From assembly GCA_964399625.1 (NCBI GenBank), contig CAYNSB010000028.1, forward strand, positions 1 through 51,114: 51,114 nucleotides of DNA, in the 5' to 3' direction. The notes under the pieces are model-generated. The model made no database searches. It had not been told where the DNA came from and worked only from the letters and a program-made list of their open reading frames with translations. Shown here in pieces: positions 35,667 through 43,885 of the stretch; positions within the stretch are counted from its first letter, which is position 1; the number at the start of each line of letters is the position of its first letter. Position numbers and translations under genes: made by a program. Origin of the DNA: an uncultured Phycisphaeraceae bacterium. Lineage in GTDB: Bacteria; Planctomycetota; Phycisphaerae; Phycisphaerales; UBA1924.

Positions 35667-36839
35667 ATGTTGTACTGGCTCGTCCAACGCCTGTCCCCTT
35701 GGCTCGTCGAGCACAAGCTCGACTGGGCGTTCAACGTGCTCTACCAGGTGCAGTTCCGGGCGCTGGCGGCGGCGGGGCTGGCGTTCCTGATCGTGATCGT
35801 GTTCATGAAGCGCGTGATCGTGATGCTCCGTCGGCTCAAGGTCGGCGACACGGGGCAGACGGACGCGGACCTGCTGCGCGAGGTGTTCGCGAGCAAGTCC
35901 AACGTGCCCACGATGGGCGGGCTGCTGATCGTCGGGGCGATCGGGGTCGCGACGCTGCTGCTGGCGGACGTGCGCCAGTTCTACGTGCAGGTGGGGCTGA
36001 TCGTGCTGCTGTGGCTGGCGGCGCTGGGGGGCGTGGACGACTGGCTCAAGCTGACGGCGTCGCGGCGCGGGGCCCGCTCGCGCCAGGGGCTGTACTCGTG
36101 GGAGAAGCTCGTCTTCCAGATCGGGCTGGGGCTGCTCGTCGGGCTATTCGTGTACGCGCACGGAGCGACGGCGGCCTCGCACGATCTGGCGCACGTGCTG
36201 AATCTGCCCGGGCAGAAGACGTACATCGACGGGGGGACGAACTTCAACCCGCACCTGATGTACCTGGGCAAGCCGGTGTTCATCGTGCTCAGCGTGCTGA
36301 TGGTCGCGGGGCTGTCCAACGCGGTGAACATCACCGACGGGATGGACGGGCTGGCGGGGGGCATCTCGGTGGCGGTGGCGCTGGGGCTGACGGTGCTGGC
36401 GCTGATCGCGGGCTCGCTCAAGGCGGCGCAGTACCTGCTCGTGCCGCACGTGCCGTTCTCGGATGAGCTGGCGGTGATGTCGGGGGCGATGGCCGGGGCG
36501 TGCCTTGGCTTCCTGTGGTTCAACTGCTCGCCGGCGCAGGTGTTCATGGGGGATTGCGGTGCGCTGGCGCTGGGGGGGCTGATCGGGTACGTGGCGCTGG
36601 TGACGCGCCAGGAGTTCGTGGTGCTGGTGATGTGCGGGTTCTTCCTGTGGGAGATCGCGAGCGTGGTGCTGCAGGTGGGGTGCTTCAAGCTGACGGGCGG
36701 CAAGCGGATCTTCCGGGTGGCGCCGTTCCACCACCACCTGCACCTGGGCGGGTGGAGCGAGCAGCAGGTGGTGGCGCGGGCGTGGATCGTGTCGATCCTG
36801 TGCGTGGTGATCGCGCTGGCGACGATCAAGCTGCGGTGA
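35667..36839 (+). CDS. mraY: Phospho-N-acetylmuramoyl-pentapeptide transferase
   Basis: NAVNITDGMDGLAGG and PAQVFMGDCGALALGG motifs; 10 TMs. Start at MLYWLVQRL. Confidence 0.9.
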   Translation: MLYWLVQRLSPWLVEHKLDWAFNVLYQVQFRALAAAGLAFLIVIVFMKRVIVMLRRLKVGDTGQTDADLLREVFASKSNVPTMGGLLIVGAIGVATLLLADVRQFYVQVGLIVLLWLAALGGVDDWLKLTASRRGARSRQGLYSWEKLVFQIGLGLLVGLFVYAHGATAASHDLAHVLNLPGQKTYIDGGTNFNPHLMYLGKPVFIVLSVLMVAGLSNAVNITDGMDGLAGGISVAVALGLTVLALIAGSLKAAQYLLVPHVPFSDELAVMSGAMAGACLGFLWFNCSPAQVFMGDCGALALGGLIGYVALVTRQEFVVLVMCGFFLWEIASVVLQVGCFKLTGGKRIFRVAPFHHHLHLGGWSEQQVVARAWIVSILCVVIALATIKLR

Positions 36840-36870
36840 GTTGGGCCCGCGTCGATCCCTACAGTCGGGC

Positions 36871-37185
36871 ATGTCGCAGGAACGAGCGCTCACGCAGGAT
36901 GAGGTCCGCAGGGTCGCGGCGCTGGCGCGCCTGTCGCTGAGCGACGCGCAGATCGAGCAGTACCGCGGGCAGATTTCGGCGATTCTCGGGTACGTGCATC
37001 GCCTGGCGGAGCTCGACCTGAGGGGCGTGGAGCCGCTGACGCACGCGGCCGACGCGGTGAACCGGCTCGATCGCGATGAGCCCGGGCCCACGCTGTCCAA
37101 CGCGGCGCTGATGGCGATGGCCCCCGAGGCGATGCCGCCGTTCGTCAAGGTGCCCAAGGTGATCGATGGGGGGGATGGGGCCTAG
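36871..37185 (+). CDS. gatC: Asp-tRNA(Asn)/Glu-tRNA(Gln) amidotransferase subunit C
   Basis: MSQERALTQDEVRRVAALARLSLSDAQIEQYRGQISAILGYVHRLAELDLRGVEPLTH... is typical GatC. 104 aa. Confidence 0.8.
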   Translation: MSQERALTQDEVRRVAALARLSLSDAQIEQYRGQISAILGYVHRLAELDLRGVEPLTHAADAVNRLDRDEPGPTLSNAALMAMAPEAMPPFVKVPKVIDGGDGA

Positions 37186-37246
37186 GGCGATCGCGAGTTC
37201 GTTTCTTCGCGACGCCCATGAAACGGGCCTCTGACGCTTCCGAAGA

Positions 37247-37252
37247 TATAAT
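37247..37252 (+). promoter_or_regulatory. Consensus -10 hexamer TATAAT in an AT-rich stretch between gatC and the downstream membrane-protein gene
   Basis: GAAGATATAATCGGACAAACATGGTTGTTTAATACG is an AT-rich patch in an otherwise GC-rich intergenic region, about 140 nt upstream of the ATG at 37392. No clear -35. Confidence 0.25.
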
Positions 37253-37391
37253 CGGACAAACATGGTTGTTTAATACGCCGTGGTCCGTCCTGGTGTCTTG
37301 CGGACGCTGGGCCCTTCGGCGTCCCTTGGGGATCGCAGCCCGGGGACGTGTCGAACCGCGCTCCTCGCCCGCGTGAGAAGGAGGTCGCGCC

Positions 37392-37913
37392 ATGCTATCT
37401 GATCTGATTCGTTCGCTGTCGGATGCGCCCACGCGTCACGCCATCCTGGTGCATGTCCCGATTGCGCTTGGAGCGCTGGGCGTGCTGCCGCTGCTGGCGT
37501 GCGCGATCGGGCGATTCCGCTCGCGCGTGCTGGCGATGGTGTGCGTCGGGGTGTTCGTGCTTGCGTCCGGCGGGGCGGCGCTCGCCGAGGGCGCGGGGGA
37601 GGACGCGGCGGAGCACGCCGGGCCGCTGGGAGCGCCCGCGAAGCAGGCCCTTGAGCGTCACGAGGATCTCGGCGAGGGTGGTTGGGTGTGGCCGCTGATC
37701 CCCGCGTCGCTGAGCGCGCTGACCCTGGTGCGACGGCGCTCGATCGCGGTGCCCGCGGGTGCCGTTGCGCTCGTGGCGGCGGTGGGCGTCGGGGCGTGGG
37801 TCTCGCTCGCGGGGCACACGGGCGGGGTGCTCGTCTACACGCACGGGATCAACGCGGGTCCAAGGTCGACACCCGTGGCGGTGCCGGGGCACGCCGCGAA
37901 CGGCGACGATTGA
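37392..37913 (+). CDS. Hypothetical four-TM membrane protein (DUF2231-like)
   Basis: Four predicted TM helices and a conserved HEDLGEGGW pattern. No catalytic motif. Confidence 0.45.
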   Translation: MLSDLIRSLSDAPTRHAILVHVPIALGALGVLPLLACAIGRFRSRVLAMVCVGVFVLASGGAALAEGAGEDAAEHAGPLGAPAKQALERHEDLGEGGWVWPLIPASLSALTLVRRRSIAVPAGAVALVAAVGVGAWVSLAGHTGGVLVYTHGINAGPRSTPVAVPGHAANGDD

Positions 37914-37937
37914 GCGCGGAGCCCTACCCTCTCGCGC

Positions 37938-39476
37938 GTGAGCCAATCGCTGACACAGATCGCCGGAGCGATTCGCGCGGGATCGCAGAGCGCGGAGGAA
38001 ACGACGCGGACGGCGCTCTCGCGCCTGGACGCGCTGAACCCGCGCCTGAACGCGTTCCTGGACACGTTCCACGCGCGGGCGATCCTCGCGGCTCGGCGGA
38101 TCGATGAGCGCGTGAAGAGAGGCGAGCCCGTGGGCCCGCTGGCGGGCGTGCCCGTGGCGCTCAAGGACAACATCTGCACGGGGCCGGATCTCTTTGCCGG
38201 CGACGCGGACGGCGCGCGCGAGACCGCGGGCGGGCGGACGACGTGCGGATCGCGATTCCTCGAGGCGTACCACTCGCCCTACAGCGCGACGGCGGCGCGG
38301 CGCCTTGCGGACGCGGGGGCCATCGTGATCGGCAAGACGAATCTCGATGAGTTCGCGATGGGCTCCTCGGGTGAGAACTCGGCGTTCGGCGCGACGCGGA
38401 ACCCGTGGGACCTGACGCGCGTGCCGGGCGGAAGCTCGTCGGGGTCCGCGGCGGCGGTGGCGGCCGGGGTGGTGCCCGCGGCGCTGGGGTCGGACACGGG
38501 CGGGTCGATCCGCCAGCCGGCGAGCCTGTGCGGGATCGTGGGGCTGAAGCCGACGTACGGGCGGGTATCGCGGTACGGGCTCGTGGCGTTCGCGTCGAGC
38601 CTCGATCAGATCGGGCCGTTGACGAGGAGCGTGGGCGATGCCGCGGCGGTGCTGACGGCGCTGGCGGGTCGCGACGCGCACGACTCGACGAGCGCGGACC
38701 TGGCGCACGAGGATTTCGGGAGGGACCTCGAGAGGCCGATCGAGGGGCTCGTGCTGGGCGTGCCCAGGCAGGCGCGATCGTCGGCGAACCACCCGTCGGT
38801 GGCGTCGGCGCTGGAGAACGCGGTGCGTGTGTACGAGTCGCTGGGCGCGCGCACGATCGAGGTCGATCTGGCGCACACGGACTACGGGATCGCGGCGTAC
38901 TACATCGTGGCGACGGCTGAGGCGTCCTCGAACCTGGCGCGGTTCGACGGCGTGCGGTACGGGCGGCGGGCGAAGCTTGGCCCGGACGAGGGGCTGATGG
39001 AGTTGTACTGCCGCTCGCGGGCCGAGGGGTTCGGGGCGGAGGTGCAGCGCCGGATCGTGCTGGGGACGTACGTGCTGAGCGCGGGGTACTACGACGCATA
39101 CTACGCGACGGCGCTCAAGGCCCGTCGCAAGATCAAGCAGGACTACGACGCGGCGTTCGCGGGCGATGGCGCGGGCGGAACCCGCTGCGATGCGCTGCTG
39201 CTGCCCACCGCGCCCACGCCGGCCTTTGCGCTGGGGAGCAAGACGAGCGACCCGCTGCAGATGTACCTGGAGGACGTGTACACGGTGGGCGTGAACCTGG
39301 CGGGGCTGCCGGCGATCAGCATCCCCGCGGGGTTTGCGAGCGTGGGCGGGAGCGACCTGCCCGTGGGCGTTCAGCTGATCGGGCCGGCGTGGCAGGAATC
39401 ACGCCTGCTGCGGATCGCCCGGATGTTCGAGCGGGCGACGGATTTTTCCTCTCGCCGCCCTCCCACTACTGTTTGA
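37938..39476 (+). CDS. gatA: Glu-tRNA(Gln)/Asp-tRNA(Asn) amidotransferase subunit A
   Basis: Amidase signature GGSSSGSAAAVAAG; KDNICT; full-length 512 aa. GTG start. Confidence 0.9.
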   Translation: MSQSLTQIAGAIRAGSQSAEETTRTALSRLDALNPRLNAFLDTFHARAILAARRIDERVKRGEPVGPLAGVPVALKDNICTGPDLFAGDADGARETAGGRTTCGSRFLEAYHSPYSATAARRLADAGAIVIGKTNLDEFAMGSSGENSAFGATRNPWDLTRVPGGSSSGSAAAVAAGVVPAALGSDTGGSIRQPASLCGIVGLKPTYGRVSRYGLVAFASSLDQIGPLTRSVGDAAAVLTALAGRDAHDSTSADLAHEDFGRDLERPIEGLVLGVPRQARSSANHPSVASALENAVRVYESLGARTIEVDLAHTDYGIAAYYIVATAEASSNLARFDGVRYGRRAKLGPDEGLMELYCRSRAEGFGAEVQRRIVLGTYVLSAGYYDAYYATALKARRKIKQDYDAAFAGDGAGGTRCDALLLPTAPTPAFALGSKTSDPLQMYLEDVYTVGVNLAGLPAISIPAGFASVGGSDLPVGVQLIGPAWQESRLLRIARMFERATDFSSRRPPTTV

Positions 39477-39524
39477 GTGTGGCGCGGGCGGGCCTGCGAT
39501 CAAGCGCGCAACGAGGAGGCGATC

Positions 39525-41060
39525 ATGCGTCGAGCGTGGATCGGATCGATCGGGGTTGCTGTGGGTCTGTGCGCCGGGGCGTGGGCCCAGATCGCGCCCG
39601 GACGGGCGCCCGAGGCGACGAGTGCGCCGGGCGAGCCGCTGGCGAGCGTGAACGAGCGCCTCGACGCGATCGCGACCAAGGCGATCGCCTGGCTGCGGGC
39701 GCAGCAGGACGCGTCGGGCGGGTGGAGTGTCAACAAGGACGGGCCCAACTACCCGGCGATCTCGGCGCTGGTGCTCAACGGGATGCTCATGCAGCCGGGC
39801 CTCGACGAGAAGGACGAGAGCATCGCCAAGGGCGTGTCGTGGGTGCTTGGGTTCGTGCAGCCCGACGGGGGCATCTACGACAAGGTGCTGCCGAGCTACA
39901 ACACGTCGATCTGCGTGTCGATGCTGTCGCGGGTGACGAGCCCCGAGGCGAAGAAGGCGGTGGCGGGCGCGGTGCCGTTCCTCAAGGGGCTGCAGTTCGG
40001 GGACGGGGCGATCGTGGACGGGCCGTTCGCCAAGGAGACGGGGCGGGTGGACAAGTCCAGCCCGTTCTACGGGGGCGTGGGGTACGGGCGATCGGGGCGG
40101 CCCGATCTGTCGAACCTGGCGTTCTTCGTGCAGGCGATGCACGACGCGAAGGTGCCCGCGGACGATCCGGCGTTCCAGCGGGCGCTGGTGTTCCTGCAGC
40201 GGACGCAGATGCAGAGCGGGGTGAACGATCAGACGTACGCGAAGGACTCTTCGCAGGGCGGGTTCATCTACAGCACGAGCCTCAAGAGCGAACTGCCCGG
40301 GTCGGGGCAGAGCTTCGCGGGCGAGATCGAGGAGAGCCTTGATGGCGAGCCGGGGTGCGTGCTGACGATCTCGCTGGCGCCGGGGCCGGATGGGCGGGCG
40401 CGGAATCTGCCCAAGGCGCTGGTGATGGATCGGGTGAGGTCGGCGATCGCGGGCTCGACGCTCGCGGAGATCGCGCGGGTGAAGGAGTTCCGCGTGCTGA
40501 GCGGGCCCACGCCCGACGGGTTCAACTCGAACCGCTTCGAGGTGCGCGCGCCCATCACGGAGCGTGCGGAGGACTTCCGCCAGCAGGTGGAGTCGGCGTT
40601 CGCGGACATGGGCCCGGGGATCGTGAGGGTGGGCGTGGCGCCCGCGAAGTCGTGGAAGGGGATCAACCGGTTGCGCGCGTACGGATCGATGACCTACGCG
40701 GGGTTCAAGAGTTACCTGTACGCGAAGCTGGACAAGGACGACGAGCGTGTGAAGGCCGCGCTGTCGTGGATCCAGCGGAACTACGGGCTCGATCAGAACC
40801 CGGGGCTGGGCAAGGACGGGATGTACTACTACTTCCTGACGTTTGCGCGGGCGCTCAACGCTTGGGGTGAGAAGACGATCGACGTGAAGGAGGAGACGGG
40901 CACGCGGGCCCGGAACTGGCGCGCCGACCTGGTCGATCGGCTGGCGGCGCTGCAGAAGCCCGACGGCTCGTTCGCGAGCATGGACGAGCGTTGGATGGAG
41001 GGCAACCCCGTGCTGATCACGGCGTACGCGCTGCTGGCGCTGGAGCACGCGCGGGAGTAA
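39525..41060 (+). CDS. Secreted prenyltransferase/squalene-oxidase-repeat protein (second paralog)
   Basis: Signal peptide MRRAWIGSIGVAVGLCAGAWAQ; repeats WLRAQQDASGGWSV, VQPDGGIY, LQKPDGSF. SD AGGAGG 7 nt upstream. Confidence 0.6.
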   Translation: MRRAWIGSIGVAVGLCAGAWAQIAPGRAPEATSAPGEPLASVNERLDAIATKAIAWLRAQQDASGGWSVNKDGPNYPAISALVLNGMLMQPGLDEKDESIAKGVSWVLGFVQPDGGIYDKVLPSYNTSICVSMLSRVTSPEAKKAVAGAVPFLKGLQFGDGAIVDGPFAKETGRVDKSSPFYGGVGYGRSGRPDLSNLAFFVQAMHDAKVPADDPAFQRALVFLQRTQMQSGVNDQTYAKDSSQGGFIYSTSLKSELPGSGQSFAGEIEESLDGEPGCVLTISLAPGPDGRARNLPKALVMDRVRSAIAGSTLAEIARVKEFRVLSGPTPDGFNSNRFEVRAPITERAEDFRQQVESAFADMGPGIVRVGVAPAKSWKGINRLRAYGSMTYAGFKSYLYAKLDKDDERVKAALSWIQRNYGLDQNPGLGKDGMYYYFLTFARALNAWGEKTIDVKEETGTRARNWRADLVDRLAALQKPDGSFASMDERWMEGNPVLITAYALLALEHARE

Positions 41061-41220
41061 GGCCCCGCGGGGGGTGTCCACGCCCGGAAATCGGGGTCTT
41101 CCGCGTCGGCGGGACGAATCGGGGCGAGATTCGGGTTTCGCGGCCGGGATGGGGCTGTATGCTTACGGAGTTCGGGGTGGGGATTGGGATCATGGACGCC
41201 GGTGAACGTGTGATGCGCGC

Positions 41221-41526
41221 ATGAAGGACGACTCGTTTGTCAAGATCGCCAAGGCCCTGGCGGACCCAACCCGCCGGAGGATGCTCGCCGAGCTGCGCGG
41301 CGCGGGCGGTGGCGGGCTGACGTGCTCGTGCATGTGCGCGCGGTTCCCGCTGAGCCAGCCGACGATCAGCCACCACATCCGCACGCTCGAGGAGGCGGGG
41401 CTGATCGACGTTGAGAAGTCCGGGCAGTTCCACGTGCTGAGCGTGAACGAGCGGGTGCTGCGCTCGTTCGCGGGCGAGCTGACGGGCGGGGCAACCAAGC
41501 GCAAGCGGGCGGCGGCGCGGGCGTGA
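41221..41526 (+). CDS. ArsR/SmtB-family metalloregulator-type transcriptional repressor
   Basis: LADPTRRRMLAELR...CSCMCARFPLSQPTISHHIRTLEEAGLI is the ArsR HTH, with Cys residues near alpha3. Confidence 0.8.
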   Translation: MKDDSFVKIAKALADPTRRRMLAELRGAGGGGLTCSCMCARFPLSQPTISHHIRTLEEAGLIDVEKSGQFHVLSVNERVLRSFAGELTGGATKRKRAAARA

Positions 41527-41651
41527 TCGGGGCCGATCGGCGTGGAGAATGAGCGCCGGTGCGTGCGGCGGTGACGGGCGGGTGCGAGCGCCCACCGAAC
41601 GCCGATCCGAACACACGCCAGAATCTTTGTCAAGATTGCCTGGGGACTTGT

Positions 41652-41695
41652 ATCGACGCATGTCGATGTGAATCATATCGACACTCATCGATATG
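41652..41695. promoter_or_regulatory. Two adjacent inverted repeats (ATCGAC-gcat-GTCGAT and CATATCGA-cactca-TCGATATG) in the ArsR-to-SDR intergenic region; candidate ArsR operator
   Basis: Seen directly. AT-rich (TGTGAATCATATCGACACTCATCGATATG) in a GC-rich background. 8-bp perfect arms. Located 20-60 nt upstream of the SDR start. Confidence 0.4.
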
Positions 41696-41713
41696 TCCCG
41701 ATCGCCCGGGCGG

Positions 41714-42544
41714 ATGTTTCCGCCCGGGGCGCGCGGGGCGGACAAGGAGCGCATCGTGGCGACGACGAATCCGTACCGGCTGGACGGCAGGGTGGCGATG
41801 GTGACGGGCGGGACGAGCGGGATCGGTCGGGCGGCGGCGCTCGAGCTCGCGCGGGCCGGCGCCAGGGTCGCGCTCACGGGGCGGCGCGAGAGCGAGGGGC
41901 AGGAGACGGTGTCGCTCGTGAAGAAGGCGGGGGGCGAGGCGATCTTCCTGCGGGGGGACGTGACCAAGGAGGCGGACATCAAGGCGGCGGTGGACGCGAC
42001 GGTGCGCACGTTCGGGCGCCTGGACATCGCGTTCAACAACGCGGGCGTGGAGCTGATGGGCGTGTCGATCGTGGAGACGACGCCCGAGCAGTACCGGCAG
42101 GTGTTCGACATCAACGTGCTGGGCGTGCTGCTCTCGATGAAGCACCAGATCCCCGCGATGCTCAGGAGCGGGGCGAGCGCGGAGCGCCCGGCGTCGATCG
42201 TGAACAACGCGTCGATCGCGGGGCGGATCGGCATGGCGGGCGCGGGCGTGTACATCGCGAGCAAGCACGCGGTGCTCGGGTTCACCAAGTCGGCGGCGAT
42301 GGAGCTGGCCAAGAGCGGCGTGCGCGTGAACGCGGTGTCGCCCGGGGGGATCGAGACGCCGATGTTCGATCGCTTCACGGGCGGAAGCCAGGAGACGTCG
42401 AGCTACTTCGCGAGCCTGCACCCGATCGGCCGCGTGGGTCGTCCGGAGGAGATCGCGCGGGCGGTGCTCTTCCTGAGCTCCGACGCGGCGAGCTTCATCA
42501 CCGGGCACGATCTGCTGGTGGACGGCGGGTTCACCGTGCCGTGA
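41714..42544 (+). CDS. Short-chain dehydrogenase/reductase (SDR) family oxidoreductase
   Basis: VTGGTSGIGRA (TGxxxGIG) and catalytic YIASKHAV (YxxxK). The start is uncertain (41714 ATG or a downstream GTG). Confidence 0.75.
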   Translation: MFPPGARGADKERIVATTNPYRLDGRVAMVTGGTSGIGRAAALELARAGARVALTGRRESEGQETVSLVKKAGGEAIFLRGDVTKEADIKAAVDATVRTFGRLDIAFNNAGVELMGVSIVETTPEQYRQVFDINVLGVLLSMKHQIPAMLRSGASAERPASIVNNASIAGRIGMAGAGVYIASKHAVLGFTKSAAMELAKSGVRVNAVSPGGIETPMFDRFTGGSQETSSYFASLHPIGRVGRPEEIARAVLFLSSDAASFITGHDLLVDGGFTVP

Positions 42545-42629
42545 GCGCTGGGCGGGGCGCGAGAGCGGGGTTGTTCGTGGCAAGCGAGCGTCGAACGAGG
42601 ATCGGGGCTGTTCACGCGGGAGACCGAAC

Positions 42630-43361
42630 ATGAGCGAGAAGAAGATCGCGTTGATCACGGGCGGGAACAAGGGCATCGGGTTCGAGACGGGGCGACAGCT
42701 GGGGCGCAAGGGCATCACGGTGCTGCTGGGTGCCCGGGATCGTGCCAAGGGCAAGGGCGCCGCGGACGTGTTGCGGGGCGAGGGGATCGACGCGCGCGCG
42801 ATCGCGCTGGACGTGACGTCCGGCGAGTCCATCCGCGCGGCCGCGGCGCAGATCGAGCGCGACTTTGGGCGTCTGGACATCCTCGTGAACAACGCGGGCG
42901 TGCTGAAGTACCAGGGCGAGCGCACGCCCAGCACCGTGGACGCGCAGGCGCTCCGCGAGACGTTCGAGACCAACTTCTTCGGGCTCGTCGCGGTCACGCA
43001 GGCGTTGCTCCCGCTGATCCGCAAGAGCGCGGCGGGCAGGATCGTGAACCTGACGAGCATCCTGGGGTCGATCGCCGAGCACGCGGACCCGAACAGCACG
43101 ATCTTCAACGCGAAGTTCACGGCGTACGACACGTCCAAGGCGGCGGTGAACATGTTCACGAACCACCTGGCCCACGAGCTGCGGGGCACGACGATCAAGG
43201 TGAACGCCGCGCACCCGGGATGGGTGAAGACGGACATGGGCGGGGCCGACGCCACGCTGGAGCTCGCCGACGGCGCGCGCACGAGCGTGGAGCTGGCGAC
43301 GCTGCCCGACAACGGGCCCAGCGGCGGGTACTACCGCATGGGCGTGCACATGCGCTGGTGA
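42630..43361 (+). CDS. Short-chain dehydrogenase/reductase (SDR) family oxidoreductase
   Basis: ITGGNKGIGFE, NNAGV, and YDTSKAAV (YxxxK). Confidence 0.75.
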   Translation: MSEKKIALITGGNKGIGFETGRQLGRKGITVLLGARDRAKGKGAADVLRGEGIDARAIALDVTSGESIRAAAAQIERDFGRLDILVNNAGVLKYQGERTPSTVDAQALRETFETNFFGLVAVTQALLPLIRKSAAGRIVNLTSILGSIAEHADPNSTIFNAKFTAYDTSKAAVNMFTNHLAHELRGTTIKVNAAHPGWVKTDMGGADATLELADGARTSVELATLPDNGPSGGYYRMGVHMRW

Positions 43362-43435
43362 GGCCTCCGAGGGACTATGCACGCGGCCCGTCCGTCTACC
43401 ATGGCGGACGGGCTGTCTTTCACAAGGAGAAGGGC

Positions 43436-43864
43436 ATGAAGCGCATCGCGTCGGCGGTCTGGAACGGCGGGCTCAAGGACGGCAAGGGCTCGATCACGAG
43501 CGGGAGCAAGACGCTCAACGCGACGCCGTACTCGTTTGTGTCGCGCTTCGAGAGTGGCGCGGGAACGAACCCGGAGGAGCTGCTCGCGGGGGCGCACGCG
43601 GGGTGCTTCTCGATGGCCTTCGCCTTCGCGCTGGAGCAGGCGGGGCTGAAGGCGGCGAGCATCTCGACACAGGCGACGGTGACGCTGGACCAGGTGGCGG
43701 GCGGGTTCGCGATCACCGCCATCCAGCTCACGACGACGGCGAAGGTGCCCGGCGCGGACGCGGGCAAGGTCCGCGAGATCGGGCAGGGGGCGAAGGCGGG
43801 GTGCCCGGTGAGCAAGGCGCTGTCGGCGGTGCCGATCGCGCTGGACCTGACGGTCGAGGTGTGA
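43436..43864 (+). CDS. OsmC/Ohr-family peroxiredoxin
   Basis: ...NPEELLAGAHAGCFSMAF... and ...GCPVSKAL... carry the two catalytic Cys of OsmC. SD AAGGAGA upstream of the ATG. Confidence 0.75.
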   Translation: MKRIASAVWNGGLKDGKGSITSGSKTLNATPYSFVSRFESGAGTNPEELLAGAHAGCFSMAFAFALEQAGLKAASISTQATVTLDQVAGGFAITAIQLTTTAKVPGADAGKVREIGQGAKAGCPVSKALSAVPIALDLTVEV

Positions 43865-43885
43865 TCCGCGGTACGATCGCCCGCG

